Assembly (NCBI GenBank): GCA_963693365.1
Contig: CAVNZM010000006.1
Coordinates: 1,488,001 to 1,552,000 of the forward strand
Length of the DNA: 64,000 nt
Direction: 5' to 3'
From: Amoebidium appalachense
Taxonomy: Eukaryota; Protista; Ichthyosporea
Both the position numbers and the translations under genes were made by a program. Below, piece after piece: positions 1-33,795 of this stretch. Positions within the stretch are counted from its first letter, which is position 1; each line of letters opens with the position of its first letter. The notes beneath the pieces are model-generated. The model made no database searches and was not told where the DNA came from. It saw only the letters and a list, made by a program, of their open reading frames with translations.

Positions 1-137
1 TTGCTTGCATAAGCAACCCTGCTCGTCTTTAATCAAGACGGGTTGACCCTCCCAAGTTCAGTTGATGCTGCTGTCTGAGTTGGAGAGTCGTATGTACGCG
101 GGCTAAGGGTTCGAAACTCAGACGCAATTGATGAGTT

Positions 138-282
138 GGGCCCTTCCTGAGGATGGGCTCTGCTTATGACCCATACTGTGCGCATGGATGATGTTGCATA
201 CTTGAATGTTTGCCTTTGTATGTGTCCTGCACCATGCTTCTCATCGTGTATGCGTACTTCGTACCGTGTTCCGCATTCAAAT
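138..282. repeat. Dispersed repeat of about 145 bp, copy 1
   Basis: gggcccttcctgaggatgggctctgcttatgac...gtgttccgcattcaaa aligns by eye with 6801-6945, with few substitutions. Followed by a C/CT-rich tract. Confidence 0.9.
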
Positions 283-493
283 CCCCCCCTCTCCCCCTCC
301 CCCCCCCCCCCCCCCCTCTCCCCCCCGTCTCTTCTCCCCCCTCTTTCTCTCTCTTTCTCTCTCTCACTTTCTCTCCGCGCCATCTACCTCCCTCTCCCTC
401 TCCCTCTCTCTCTCTCTCTTTGCCCCCCCCCCCTCTCTCCCTCCCCCTCTCCCCCCCCCCCCCCCCCCCCCCCCGCCCCTCCAACCCTCTATC

Positions 494-532
<39 letters not shown>

Positions 533-621
533 ACCTCTAGCAGCCATACATTTCTAAAGCTATAATAAGCTTATATCGTTCTATAGCAACGAGAATATAT
601 GGATGGAAAAGGCTCATAATT

Positions 622-735
622 CTTTCCACCTCCAGCCTGCCACTTCATTTATCAATTCCTTTCTTTTCCACTTCCAGCCTGCCACCTTTATCAGGTGTTG
701 TTTTCTTTTTCACTTCCAGCCTGCCATTTTTTATC
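622..735. repeat. Short tandem repeat, 3 copies of a unit of about 45 bp
   Basis: The core cacYtccagcctgcca...tttatca recurs three times. Confidence 0.8.
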
Positions 736-836
736 ATGAACACAGTTTTAACCAGATCAGCGCGTGACCAATGTCATATTGTCCAATATCTCATGTCTGC
801 ATATTTCCTGAATATTATTACTGATGTGTGCTACAG

Positions 837-21511
<20,675 letters not shown>

Positions 21512-21822
21512 GCGAAACATGAATGCATGGTGGTTGCGATGCAAACTGTGTCGAAGATTTGATTCGGGCATGTAGGACCATATTATCCTTAACCCACACC
21601 TCTTTTGAGTATGGTATGCTACTTCATATATTGTACAGACCTGACGAAGGCTTGTGATTGTATGACACACTTAACGTGAATATATTCCTTCTTCGCCTTA
21701 CAAATGTCCACCAGCAAGTTGGGCACGAAAAAAAACATGCCCCCCCAACACGGTGAGTTCCATGAGGCTAGATACCCACGTCAATTTTACGTTTCAAATG
21801 TTGTTTTCGAAGCACATCAGTG

Positions 21823-21828
21823 AATAAA
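21823..21828 (+). terminator. Candidate polyadenylation signal AATAAA of the HECT gene
   Basis: AATAAA about 310 bp after the stop codon. Confidence 0.35.
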
Positions 21829-24429
21829 TGACCTTTGGTTTGTCAGTGCAAAAAGAATGAAAGAGACTCCTTTGAGCATGGTTATACCATGATACTTGCA
21901 CATTGCTGTAGCAAGTTACAATCGTTCGTTAGGACTCCATTATTTTGTGCCTTTTGGCTTTTTTTTTTTTTGCCCAAAGGCTTTATTTTGAGGCCCAAGC
22001 ACAGTAAGCTGCAGGAATGCGCCCTCTTGTTTCCTAAATTGATAGTTGACCAATCAGAATCGACTTGCTGACTTTGCTGCTTAAATATGATTGGAGCTTT
22101 TTTGGCGGTGCGGGTTTAGCCAATCGCCACTCCTATAGCCTACAGACTCCTTATACGCTCCGTGTGACTACGCTGTACCAGAAGTAGCCTTACACATTTC
22201 CATGCGAGGAGGGCCGTTTCTAGCTTTACTCATCTAAAAAGGCCTCCTAAATATGATATTTGTCTATCTGTAGTGCTTGTGTTTTTCGAAACTTCTTTAT
22301 CGCCCCATCATTTCTGTTTTTGAAACCGTTTGGCGCGTACTACGAGGATGATGCTCTATGACGTACATGAAATCGGCTAAAACATCAGATTTGGGGCAGC
22401 GCATAATTGGCTGAACAATGCAGGATAAAATATGGCGGCGCAATTTGCATGGTGAGTCTGCAATAGGGAGCCACGTATGGTAAATTATGCTTCGATTAAT
22501 GAGAATAACCCTATTTAGCCAGCATGACGCGTAAACTTTACCAGATTATCCTAATGCATGAAGTACTGCTGAGTGATCATCTTACCGTTCTTGCTACGAG
22601 ATAGAAAGTTGAGCTGTTACGATCCCTGAGCTCAGCCCTCATCTTATCCGGCAGCAATTGGATAGTTATCAGGATAGCATTTTAGCGATTGTCAATTCAT
22701 ATGGTAATACCTAAAGTGCTTTTGGCTCTTGGAATGTTTGAGCGAAGTAGAAAAAAGCATGATGCTTGTTTGAACCAGCTGTTTGCCAATGGCATGGAAG
22801 TCGCGCAGAGACAGATCCTGAAAATTATATGCTCCAAAAGAAGGTTTAAGCGGCTCAATAATTTTACTTGGGGGGTTTCTTATTATCGAATATGTTAAAA
22901 GTTCGTGTTTTAGCCGATTTTTATGTCGCCATAGAGACATCTTGCTATCAGCCCCTTATCATGTTTCATCATTTTGCTGGCTTTAGAAACTATGAAACTG
23001 CCTTCTGACGGGTTCCAAAAAAGGTTAATCCTGCCTCCTTTGTCGTCTTTTGGTTGCCAATCACTGTACGGTTTGAAAAGAGCTGTCGCAGAGCGAATCA
23101 AAAACTGTGTCCGTTTTCTCTTGACATTGACGGTCATTTGTGAGCAAATCTATTCGCGCCCTCAGATGATGCTGTGTCGGGGCTGTGAACTTTGAACCCA
23201 CGAATCCACGATACAACACACACAGCCTCTGTGCACCTTTACTTGTTGTGGCTGTCAAAGCATAAGAAGACAGGTATCAGGTAAGAAAACTCGTCTCTTG
23301 CACGTGTCACCCACACAGCAAAACGATGAAACATTGGGTCACTTTTGGTGGTGGGGTTTGGTTTGGCTTCTCTAGTCCGTAATCACATATGCACAGTTTC
23401 ACGTGTCTCCCCATATGTGCTGTGCTTTGGGTCGAGAGTCCTCTGGTGTGCTGATTCCGTTTCACATGCTGTCACCAAAGGCAGCACAAAAAACGGCAGC
23501 TGATTTGGGCGTCTTTATCCACTGCAGTTGCCCTTGTGGGTAGCGGAAATTACGTTTTTATTGTCTTCTCAGTATGCCGTGCATACTTGCATATCTTTCC
23601 GTCGAATAAATCCAGTCAAAAGAAAAAATTACGTTCGTTCACAGAAGTTTTTACACTTTTGGTGGGGTTTCTTAGACTGATTAGTTCTGAATCAATTCTT
23701 GCCTCAGTTTTTGGGGGGGGTGAAATAAACTTCCTTTGAATGATCAAACCGGATCGTTTTCTTTCGCTTCTAGACCGTACTTTTGTGTTAGAGTTGCAAG
23801 TGTTGCTTCATTCTGGAAAGTACTATCTGGCCATCACGGGCAACAATTCTAGGCTGTGCAAGAGCCAATAATATTTTTATGTTACACACGTAGGCCCGTG
23901 TTATATATATTCCCTTTTGGCCACGCGATACACGGCAACAATGAGAATGGGTGAGTTGCTTTCTCCGGCCTTCTTTGTTGTGCACAGTACTTCGGCTAGG
24001 CCCTAGAGCTGCACATCACACCGCGAACAAATTTCACATCAAAGCGCTTCCAAGCCTTCAATAAATGATAGCATTTGCGGAATTTGTATTGAAGTGGATA
24101 TATGCCATTAGACTTGTTTCCATCACTTATCTCTGCCATGGCTGATTTTTTTCCATGCCTGCATGGTTGTCTGTGTGCTCCCAATTTCTTTTCTCTCGTC
24201 CCCCTCTCGGGCTTTGGGCCTGCGGACGCTGTACCAACCATATGCGCCCCCCTTTGGTCAGATCGTGTCTGCCTCTTGTACCGCGTACGTTGGTGTGTGT
24301 CTTTGTGGGTAGAAAGAATGGTGTTTCGCTTTCTAACCTAACCCTTCCCCCCCCCCCCCCAAAAAAAAAAAAAAAAAGCCACGCACGCACGCACGGAGGC
24401 ACGCACATGCGCGCACACGCACACACACA

Positions 24430-24527
<98 letters not shown>

Positions 24528-24637
24528 CACCACCACCACCACCACTACCACCACCACCACCACCACCACCACCACCACAAACCCCTTCTTTGTTTTCTCC
24601 TTCTCTCCTTTTTGACTCCTTCTCTTCGTTTCCACAG

Positions 24638-24893
24638 AGACAGGACCTGGTACGTGTGACGGTACGATGGAGGCCATGATGCAGAGACCGGCCCATTTTG
24701 AGGGCACAGCCACCCAGTACCAGCCAGCCCCAGAAGCAGTGGGGGTACGTGCCGAGGTGTTTTCTTGCGCACCTTTAGCCTATGTGTTGAACTGTGTCCC
24801 CTTGAAAGGTACGGGATGTGGCGTGTATGTGCATGTCATACCACGTACTGAATAGCGAAAACAATGTGGATGGCGTTGTGCTGTGCTGCTTCC

Positions 24894-24928
<35 letters not shown>

Positions 24929-25842
24929 CGGTGCTATCATGCAGCTGAACTCATCACAGATTATATTTGTGTGTGACATTCGGTACTGGTGATGATTGGT
25001 TCCTTTGCTACCTGAATAATCATTTGTCATCCCGTGCGCTTTCTCATATCCCCCCCTCCCCCCCGGCCCTTCCCTTCCCCCTCTCCCCCTTCCCCCCCTC
25101 TCCCTCAGGCACCACCCATCCAGAAGGATGTGCAAAGGCTGCTTGGGGATACCCTGGGCCAGTGGCTGGGGGGGTTACCTGTCAGCAGCAAATACAAGGG
25201 CATGAGGAGGAGCATGTCGACTGGCAGTCTGGGCAAGGACAGGAAGGAGGGTGGGTGCTGTGAGTGCACGTGTGTACTTGTTGGTCAGAAAACTAAGTTA
25301 GTTTTGGATTTTTGATGTATTTACTGGTTACTGTGTTGTTGTTGTTGTTGTTTGACAGTGTGTGTGTGTTGGTGTATGTGTGTGTGTGTGTGTTTGGGGG
25401 GGGGGGGGGGGGGGGGGGGGAGCAATGCTAATGAAATGCTGTGCTGGTGTGCCGCAGAGGGCACCCCCAAGCGGTCGCGGCAGGACACCGACATCAAGAC
25501 TCTGTCACAGCCCATGGCCGTACACATCTCGGCTGATGCCAGGGTGGGCATCATCCCGTAGCCTTATTTTTCCCCCCTAACATGGCCAGATACACTTTGC
25601 AAAGCAATGGATTGAAGAGCCCTTGCAAGGGCAACACGGGGGGAGGAGGGGGAGGGGTAGAGGGCAGACAGTACTATGAGGCAGGGGGAGAAGGGGAGGG
25701 GGGGGGGGGGGGGGGAGGGGGAGGAGGAGGGTAAGGAACGGTTCTTATGATGCAGGCGGTTGTGGGTATGAAGGTAGGGAGAGGTATGCGAGAAAACAGC
25801 TCATGTGGCGTAGGAAAGGGAAGAAGGGGGATGGGGTGGGTT

Positions 25843-25873
<31 letters not shown>

Positions 25874-25878
25874 GGAGG

Positions 25879-25929
<51 letters not shown>

Positions 25930-26355
25930 AAGGAGGAAAGGTCGTATGGATGGTTTGGTTAATAGGTGTCATAAAGTGTTTTCGTGGCGTCGCAGAAGCT
26001 TTGAAAAAAGTGTGGGGAGTCATGGTGGTGGTGGTGCTTGTCGGTAGTAGTGGGGGCGAGTGGGGGGGGGGGGAGGGGGAAGGGGGGGGGGGGGGGGGGG
26101 GGGGGCAGCAGCAGGAGCATAATGCTGACAGGTGGTGGCTTTTGTTGCAGCCGTGCCAGCAGTGCCACGTGGAGGGCCCAGCCGAGTGCCCGTTTGACAT
26201 GTGCAGAGAGTGCTGCAGCAGGGTGGCCGACAACCCATGCAGGGCCCACGGCACAAACGCTTGGCGGGTGTTTAAGGCACACCAGTATGACTTGCTGCAC
26301 CAGAGGAGACGTAAGACTAGAGGTAGGTTTTTCTTTTTTTTTTTTTTTTTTTTTG

Positions 26356-26393
<38 letters not shown>

Positions 26394-27272
26394 AGGGGGA
26401 AGGGGGGTATGATAATGAAGGTTTATAGGCAGAGCACCTGTTCTGATATAGTAACACAAATACAAAGACCGTGAGTCATGTGGGGGGTGTTAACGGCCAA
26501 AACAGAGAAACAAAGGACTGTAGACGATGTGAAGGAATGGAGCTGGAGCTGAGAGACGGATGGTGTGGGTGTTTTCTTTTTTTGATTTTCTTTTCCTTTG
26601 GCCCCCCCCCCCCCAGCTGGGAGACGGATGGTGTGGGTGTTTCTTTTTTTGATTTTCTTTCCCTTCGGCCCCCTCCCCCCCCAGCTGAGAGACGGATGGT
26701 GTGGGTGTTTTCTTTTTTTGATTTTCTTTCCCTTTGGCCCCCCTCCGGGGGGGGGGGGGTGGGGGAGGGGGGGGGGGGGGGGGTTAAAGAAGGGTGGAGC
26801 GATGTGTACAGGTGTGGAGATGGGTTGGTAGCCTATGGAATACGGGGTTTTTCTGATATGGCAGAATGCAGGGTTTTGCCGCATGTACCAGGCAGGTCTG
26901 TGCCGGCAGGGGTCGAAGTGTTGGTACGACCACGGTGACGGGTACGTGTCACTTTGCCCCCCCTTCACAAACACACGTACATTTCTGCCCTGATACATCC
27001 TGATGCTTTCTTCTCTGCTTCTGTTTGCTCTGATTTACCACTCCCTCCCTTCCCCACCTCCCCCACAACTCCTCTCCCCATCCCACCGCACCCCACCTGC
27101 ATCCAGGGGAATAGCAGTGCATTTGGCACACATGGTTCATAAAGATCAATGCAGTGTGCAGGGGCTGCAAATTCACCACCCAATTCATTTGGCAGCTCTG
27201 TGGTTTTCCTGGCACCCAGCACGACCGAAGGAGATGTATGGCTCGAGGGAAGGCTGCAAACGGGGTGTGTGT

Positions 27273-27324
<52 letters not shown>

Positions 27325-27552
27325 TAGGAGATGGCTGAGGGGGGGAATGTGAGCGGAGGGGGGCCGGGGTTTGTGGTTTGAAATGGGATGGATAATTGGG
27401 GGCTGGGAGGGGATGGCATCTAATTTTTGTCGACATTCCATCTAACCCCCCCACCCCCCCCCCATCCGCCCCCCTCGCACCCCCTCCGGCCACCCTCTCT
27501 CTCTCTCTCTCTCTCCCCCCCCCCCCCCCCCCCCCCCCCCCCGCGCCCTTCC

Positions 27553-27588
<36 letters not shown>

Positions 27589-27610
27589 CCCTCCCCCCTC
27601 TCCTCCCGCG

Positions 27611-27644
<34 letters not shown>

Positions 27645-27855
27645 GCAGGGACGACATAGTATTCGAGTGGTCACCCACAGGCCCCATCAAGCGCATGCTC
27701 AAGGTGCAGGCGCATGACACCGACAAGGAGACAGAGGCCGGAGACAAATTGCTGCTGCCCCCCAGTGTGCTGATGGAGGCCATAGCTAAGGACCTGCCCT
27801 CCCCATACACCTTCTCCCTGAGTACGCTTTACTTCCTCCCCCCCCCCCCTCCCCC

Positions 27856-27929
<74 letters not shown>

Positions 27930-28353
27930 ACCGACACCAGCACCCACCGCACCCCATTCATACAACTCTGCCCCCTTCTCCTACCACCACCATAACAGCA
28001 AACCTGCCCTGCACTCTCGTCTCTTCATATGTTGTTTCCTACTGGACACGCCGTTGAGAGTTGATACATGACACAGACACTCATTGATGCGACCGTTATC
28101 AATGGATGCTGATGTTTTTTCCTTTCTTCTTCTTCTTTATTTCCTTTTTTTATTGCATTTACCTTCATTTTTTCCCCTTCTTGGAGTCCCTCCCTCCTCG
28201 CTCCCTGCCCCCTTTACCAGCGTTTCTCTTTTCTGTTTTTCCAGACGGTTGTTCCCCCTCTCCCCTCCCCCTCCCCTCCCCCCCCCCCCCCCCCCTTCCT
28301 CCCCTGACCACTACCACGGCCACTACTGCACACACACACGATGCGCACGACAC

Positions 28354-28423
<70 letters not shown>

Positions 28424-29006
28424 CCAGCACCAAGGACTCCACCCGCACTGTGCACGGGGGGGTGCTTGAGTTCACTGCGGGAGACAAGACTGTGCACATG
28501 AGCCGCAGCATGATGGCCAGTCTGGCCCTGTGTGCAGGCGACAGCGTGTGCCTGGCCACAGTCAGCCTGCAGAAGGGCACCTTTGTGAAGCTGCAGCCCC
28601 TGCAGGGTACGTGTCTGTGTGTGTGTGGGTGGTTGGAGGTGGGGGTAGAGGGTAGGGAGGGTATGTGTGTGTGTCTTTGTAAGGGGGGGAGGGAACGGGA
28701 GGGGGGGGGGGGGGGGGAGGGAGGGGGCGGAAGGGGAAGAGAGGAGCGGCAAGGAGGGAGCCGAGAGGTGAGTTGAAGTTGGAGAGGGAAGGGTTGAAAG
28801 GGAAGGGAACGAACAGAAAGGGGAGGAGGGGGGGGAGGGGAGGGGGGAAGGGAGGGAGATGCTTTGGATGGTATGAGGGCATAGTTGAAAGACGGCGGTC
28901 TAAGCACTGGGCTAGACGATGGGTGGCTGGGAAGTGTGTCTTTGTGGTGGTGGTGTGGTGGCCGGGGGGAGGGGGGGGGAGGGCCTGTTCCCTGCCTTCA
29001 GTCTGC

Positions 29007-29050
<44 letters not shown>

Positions 29051-29583
29051 ACAGCCGGCTGGGTGACCGTGCCCCTCAATGTTCGGCGTACCCTTCTGGA
29101 GTTTGAGCTACGCAAATACCAGACCCTGACGGAGGGCTGTGTGGCCACCGTCACATATGGCCGCAACATGTACAGCCTCAGAGTGTATGTTCGAACACCC
29201 CCCAACCCCCCTTGCCAACCCCCCCACCCGCCCCCCCCCAAAAAAAAAAAAAAAAAAAAAACTCATGATAGAAAAACGTCTCTTACACTCACAGACATGC
29301 ACAAAATATATTGTTCCCACCCCTGCTCTCTGTGTGTGTCTTTCCCCCCCCCCACCCCCGTTTCTCCCGCGGGCCTTGTTAATCTCGTGGCACAGGCACT
29401 CACTTAAATATATACAAACATACATGTGGTGGGGGTGAGGGGGGGTCCATAGATTGACAATGAATTTCAGGGCCGAGTGCCGGCCAGCGCCAGCCATCAG
29501 CATCATCGACACCGATTTGGCTTATGACCTGGCTGACCCAGAGGAGCAGGTGGGATCAAGATCTACCCCCCCCCTGGTCACCC

Positions 29584-29619
<36 letters not shown>

Positions 29620-29991
29620 GGGGGGGGGGGGGGGGAGGTGAGGGTGGGACGGAGGAGGAAAGGGAGGGAAACGATAGGGGAAAGGGGGGAAGGTGTGGGG
29701 GGGGGGGGGGGGGGGGGGGACAAGACCACCATCGCATCCACCAGCACGCCACCCAGGTACTCAGCCCTCACTGTGTGTTGAAGGCACACTTGTTTGCTTT
29801 AAGAGGGGGGAAATAGTAGGTGGTTTCTTTATTAGTTTTATTAGCTTGGCCTCTAGTTCACAAGGTATCCTCCTCCCTCCTCTGAGCAGTGACAGCTTAA
29901 GTGGGTGGGTGGAGGGGGGGGGGGGGGGGGGGGGGGGGGAGGGGGGGTAAACCCAGGGGATTGGGCCGGTGCTTGTTGCCGGGCACCGGAT

Positions 29992-30024
<33 letters not shown>

Positions 30025-30090
30025 GACCGGAAACGGGAGTTGGTGAGGTGGGGTGGGTTTGGGTTTTTTTTTTTTTTTTTTTTTGGGTGT

Positions 30091-30123
<33 letters not shown>

Positions 30124-30453
30124 AAACCCTGCGTGTATCTGATATATGTGTGTGTGTACAGGGGATTGGGCCGGTGCTTGTTGCCGGGCACCGGATCGGG
30201 GGGGGGGGGGGGGGGGGGGGGGGAGGGGGGGGGAGGGGGGGGGGGGGGGGGGGGGTAAACTCTCCGTGTATCTGATATATATGTGTGTGTGTACAGGGGA
30301 TTGGGCCGGTGCTTGTTGCCGGGCACCGGATCAAGGGCACTGTGGCCTATGGGCAGTACAGCCACTATGCAGTCAGGCTGCAGGCACCTATTGCACACGG
30401 TAGGTGGGCCATGGGTTTCTCTGCTTGTGGAGAAATGTGTATCGTGGCGAAAT

Positions 30454-30493
<40 letters not shown>

Positions 30494-30822
30494 ATAGGAA
30501 CAAGGGGAGGAGGGGGGGGGGGGGGGGTCGAGTAGGGGGAGGTCGAGGGTGCTGTATGTTTGTGATTTTTTTGACCTCGAAAAGAAGGGACTACCCTAGA
30601 AAAAAGGGACGCAGGGGAGGTAGGGCGGCTGGATGTCACACGTTGGCTTCTTGTGTGCAGTATGCTTATTTACACACATGGGTCTATGGGTAGAATGCAC
30701 CAGTGGATATGTGAACACCAACATGTGAACGAAGGGGTGGTAATCAAGATACAGGTTCCAGGGCGATGGGTCGGCAAGAAGTTGGCAAACATAGGGTTCA
30801 GGTGGAAAGAGGAGGGAGGCCG

Positions 30823-30855
<33 letters not shown>

Positions 30856-31392
30856 ATCTAGGTTATGGCCAGGTTCATGGTTACAGGTGTGCGGGTAGGT
30901 GGGTGCAGAAGTGTGTGTGTTTGTGTTGGTGGTGGCCCTGGGGGGACACCGGAGGGCGCGGGCGGGCGGGCGGGGCGGGAGGGGGGGGGGGGGGGGGAGG
31001 GGGGGGGATATTCGTGTGTTTGCTAACTCCCAACTCCCTTCTCTCCCGTTTACCCCCCAGGCCAGCAGCTACACATTCGGTCTGTGGGGCTGGACTGCAG
31101 TGGTGACCCTGACCTGTACGTCAGCCAATCAGAAATGGCCCCCCACCGTGCCTGGTACACGTGGTTTGCAGAGGTAAACCCGCCCTCCCCCCCCCCCCCC
31201 CCCCTCCCCTCCTCCCGTTGCTTTTGGGTTTTTTCCAAGAGAGTTTCCATTTATTTATTGAGAGTAAAGAATAATGTGAGCGGCAGCAACACTCTTGGTC
31301 TGCTCCCCACCAGTCAACCTCTGCTGGTTACACCTTCTGCTGTAAGGCCAAACTGTTCCGTGCCAAAGCTTTGATTTGTTTATTTGTCTTTT

Positions 31393-31439
<47 letters not shown>

Positions 31440-32044
31440 GTGTGCAGGAGAGGTCGGGGAGTAAGGGATTGCTGTAAGTGCACCAGCATTGGTGTCACCC
31501 CACACATGCAAGGTCCGGCCTGTATTTGAGCCCCTCTCCCCCCTCCCCCCCCCAATGATCGGTAATGCAATAACTTGCCACTGCCGCAATGCCCAGTTCC
31601 ATACACATGTGGTTGCTGTATCAAACGCACTCGTTTTTCTTTTTCTCACACTCACGCACATAATTTTAGCATATCGGTGGGTCAAGTGTGATCATCGACC
31701 CCAAAGACAGCAACTACAATCCCCAAATTTCGTTCGTCTACGTGGGGGTGCGGGGGTTCAGTGAGTCCAAGGGGCCGGTGAGCTTTGAGCTGTGTGTGGA
31801 CATTGAAAGGGCCAAAGAAGTGTCTGTGGAAACCACCTTAAGAGAGACAGGCGGCACGAGCGAAACAATCGGCCCTGGTAAGACCCTCCCCCCCCCCCCC
31901 CCCCTTTTCTCTCTCTCTCTCTCAAATACACCCTAGGTGGCGGTGTGTTAGTCGGCTGTGTTTACTATGCCTCTGAATGCAATGGAGTATAACTCAATGC
32001 TTGTTTCTTTTATTCGGAGCACTGACACACAAGTGCCGTGCACG

Positions 32045-32141
<97 letters not shown>

Positions 32142-32304
32142 ACACACACACAGGGCAAGCAGCGTGTCAGAACTGCGGCAAGGCATTCCCGTCTGCCCGT
32201 GTGTTTATGCACGAGATCCACTGCCGCCGAAACACCTTCAAGTGTGCAACATGCAACAAGGTTAGCCTGTTAAAAACCTCCCCCCTCCCCCCCCCCCCCC
32301 CCCA

Positions 32305-32337
<33 letters not shown>

Positions 32338-32744
32338 GAAAAAAGAAAAGAAAAAGGGAGACAGAGAGATATAGGGGTTGGGAGAAGGGGGGGGGGGGGG
32401 GGGGGGAGGGGGGGGGGGAGGGGGGGGGAGGGGGGGAGGGAAGGAGAGAGTGAAGGGGGAGAGGGAAGGGAGAGAAAGCCAGGACCAAAAAAGAAAGCTC
32501 TTCCGAGAGATAAGAGGGAGAGAGGGAGAGAGAGAGAGGAAGGGAGAGGGAGGGGGGGGGGGGGGGGGGGGGGGGAGAGAGAGAGAGAGAGAGAGAGGAA
32601 AAGAGAAGGAGAGAGAGATGAGGGATGGGGAGGGGGAGGGAGGGAGAGAGTGAGGGAGGACGGGAGTGAGACAGAGAGAGAGACACAGAAGAGAGAGAGA
32701 GAGAGAGGAAGGGAGGGAGAGAGAGAGGGAGAGGGGGGGGGGAG

Positions 32745-32787
<43 letters not shown>

Positions 32788-33733
32788 AAAGGGGGAGAAA
32801 GGGAGGAAGAGAGAGAGCGAGAGCGAGAGAGGGAGCGAGAGAGAGAGGGGGAGGGGGGAGGGAGGAGAAAGCGAGAGAGGGAGGGAGGGAGAAGGGACAG
32901 AAAGTAAGAACCAAAAATGTGAAAGCGCTCGAACTCTTCCATAACCGCGCCTCTTCCCTCCCCCCCACCCGCCGCCCCAACCCCCTTCCTCACCCCCCCC
33001 CCCCCCCCCCCCCCCCCCCACACGTATGGCCCAATCTTGTTCTTGTCATGAAAGTCTGTTACTGTTTGTTGTGCCGTCTTCCCTACCCTTCGGCATCCAA
33101 ACTTTCTTTGGTTGGTCCCCCCATGTATTTCACTCTAGCGTTAACCTTGCTACGGGTACTCTAGCTGTCCCACCAATAGCATCATCCAAATACTTACCAT
33201 ATATGGCAGTGCATGAGTGTAGGCCATCGGGCCAAGCACCAGGCGCAGGCCCACGACCAGCTGAGCTGTGAATGCGGGGAGACCATGGAGCAGGGCCCAC
33301 TGCACACCCACCAGATCACACAGTGCAAAAAGGTAGCACACACCCCACAAACGTATCTTGCGGGGATTCTGGTGAAGGCAATGCTTACGCATTCGGTTTA
33401 GTGTTAGTGTTCAGATTGTGCATGTCCTTCCGACCTCATGAGCATCTCACATGCATTCGTGCACACACATACACATGCATCTCATCGAGTTGATAGTCAT
33501 GTTTATTCCCATATCCGTGGCATGTTTGCTTGTATTAGACCTGCACGTCACGAACATCACCTTCGACTTTTGTAATGCAGTTTTATTGGAGAAATGCGGG
33601 TTTCTAGCCTGTCTATGCCAGTAGATGCCCCCTCTTGCTCCCCCCCCCCCTCCCCCCCCCCCCCTCCCCCCTCCCTCTTTGGTTCTTTTGTAAAAAACAA
33701 TACAAGGCACATCGAAACTAACCGACATTTGTG

Positions 33734-33795
<62 letters not shown>

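Noticed and set aside
108-175. Hammerhead ribozyme or tRNA (CTGAGGA, GAAAC, GGTTCGA motifs)
   Set aside because: No GAAA follows the putative stem II, and I could not build a cloverleaf.
736-836. ATG 736 as the start of the HECT gene
   Set aside because: The segment is AT-rich and ends in a good acceptor (ctacag at 836), so it is more likely intron.
24155-24285. WACGRCT as a RanBP2-type finger exon of the UFD1-domain gene
   Set aside because: It is phase-compatible, but the second CxxC is missing. Left as an uncertain 5' exon.
26545-26745. CRISPR-like repeat array
   Set aside because: Tandem units without unique spacers, in a eukaryotic intron with no cas genes.
27649-29549. Calling the gene canonical UFD1
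   Set aside because: The flanking zinc fingers and PPC-like domain indicate a paralogous UFD1-domain family.
29725-29756. Extra micro-exon (accaccatcg...cccag|gtac)
   Set aside because: The 32-nt version breaks the frame. A 12-nt version fits but has no independent support.
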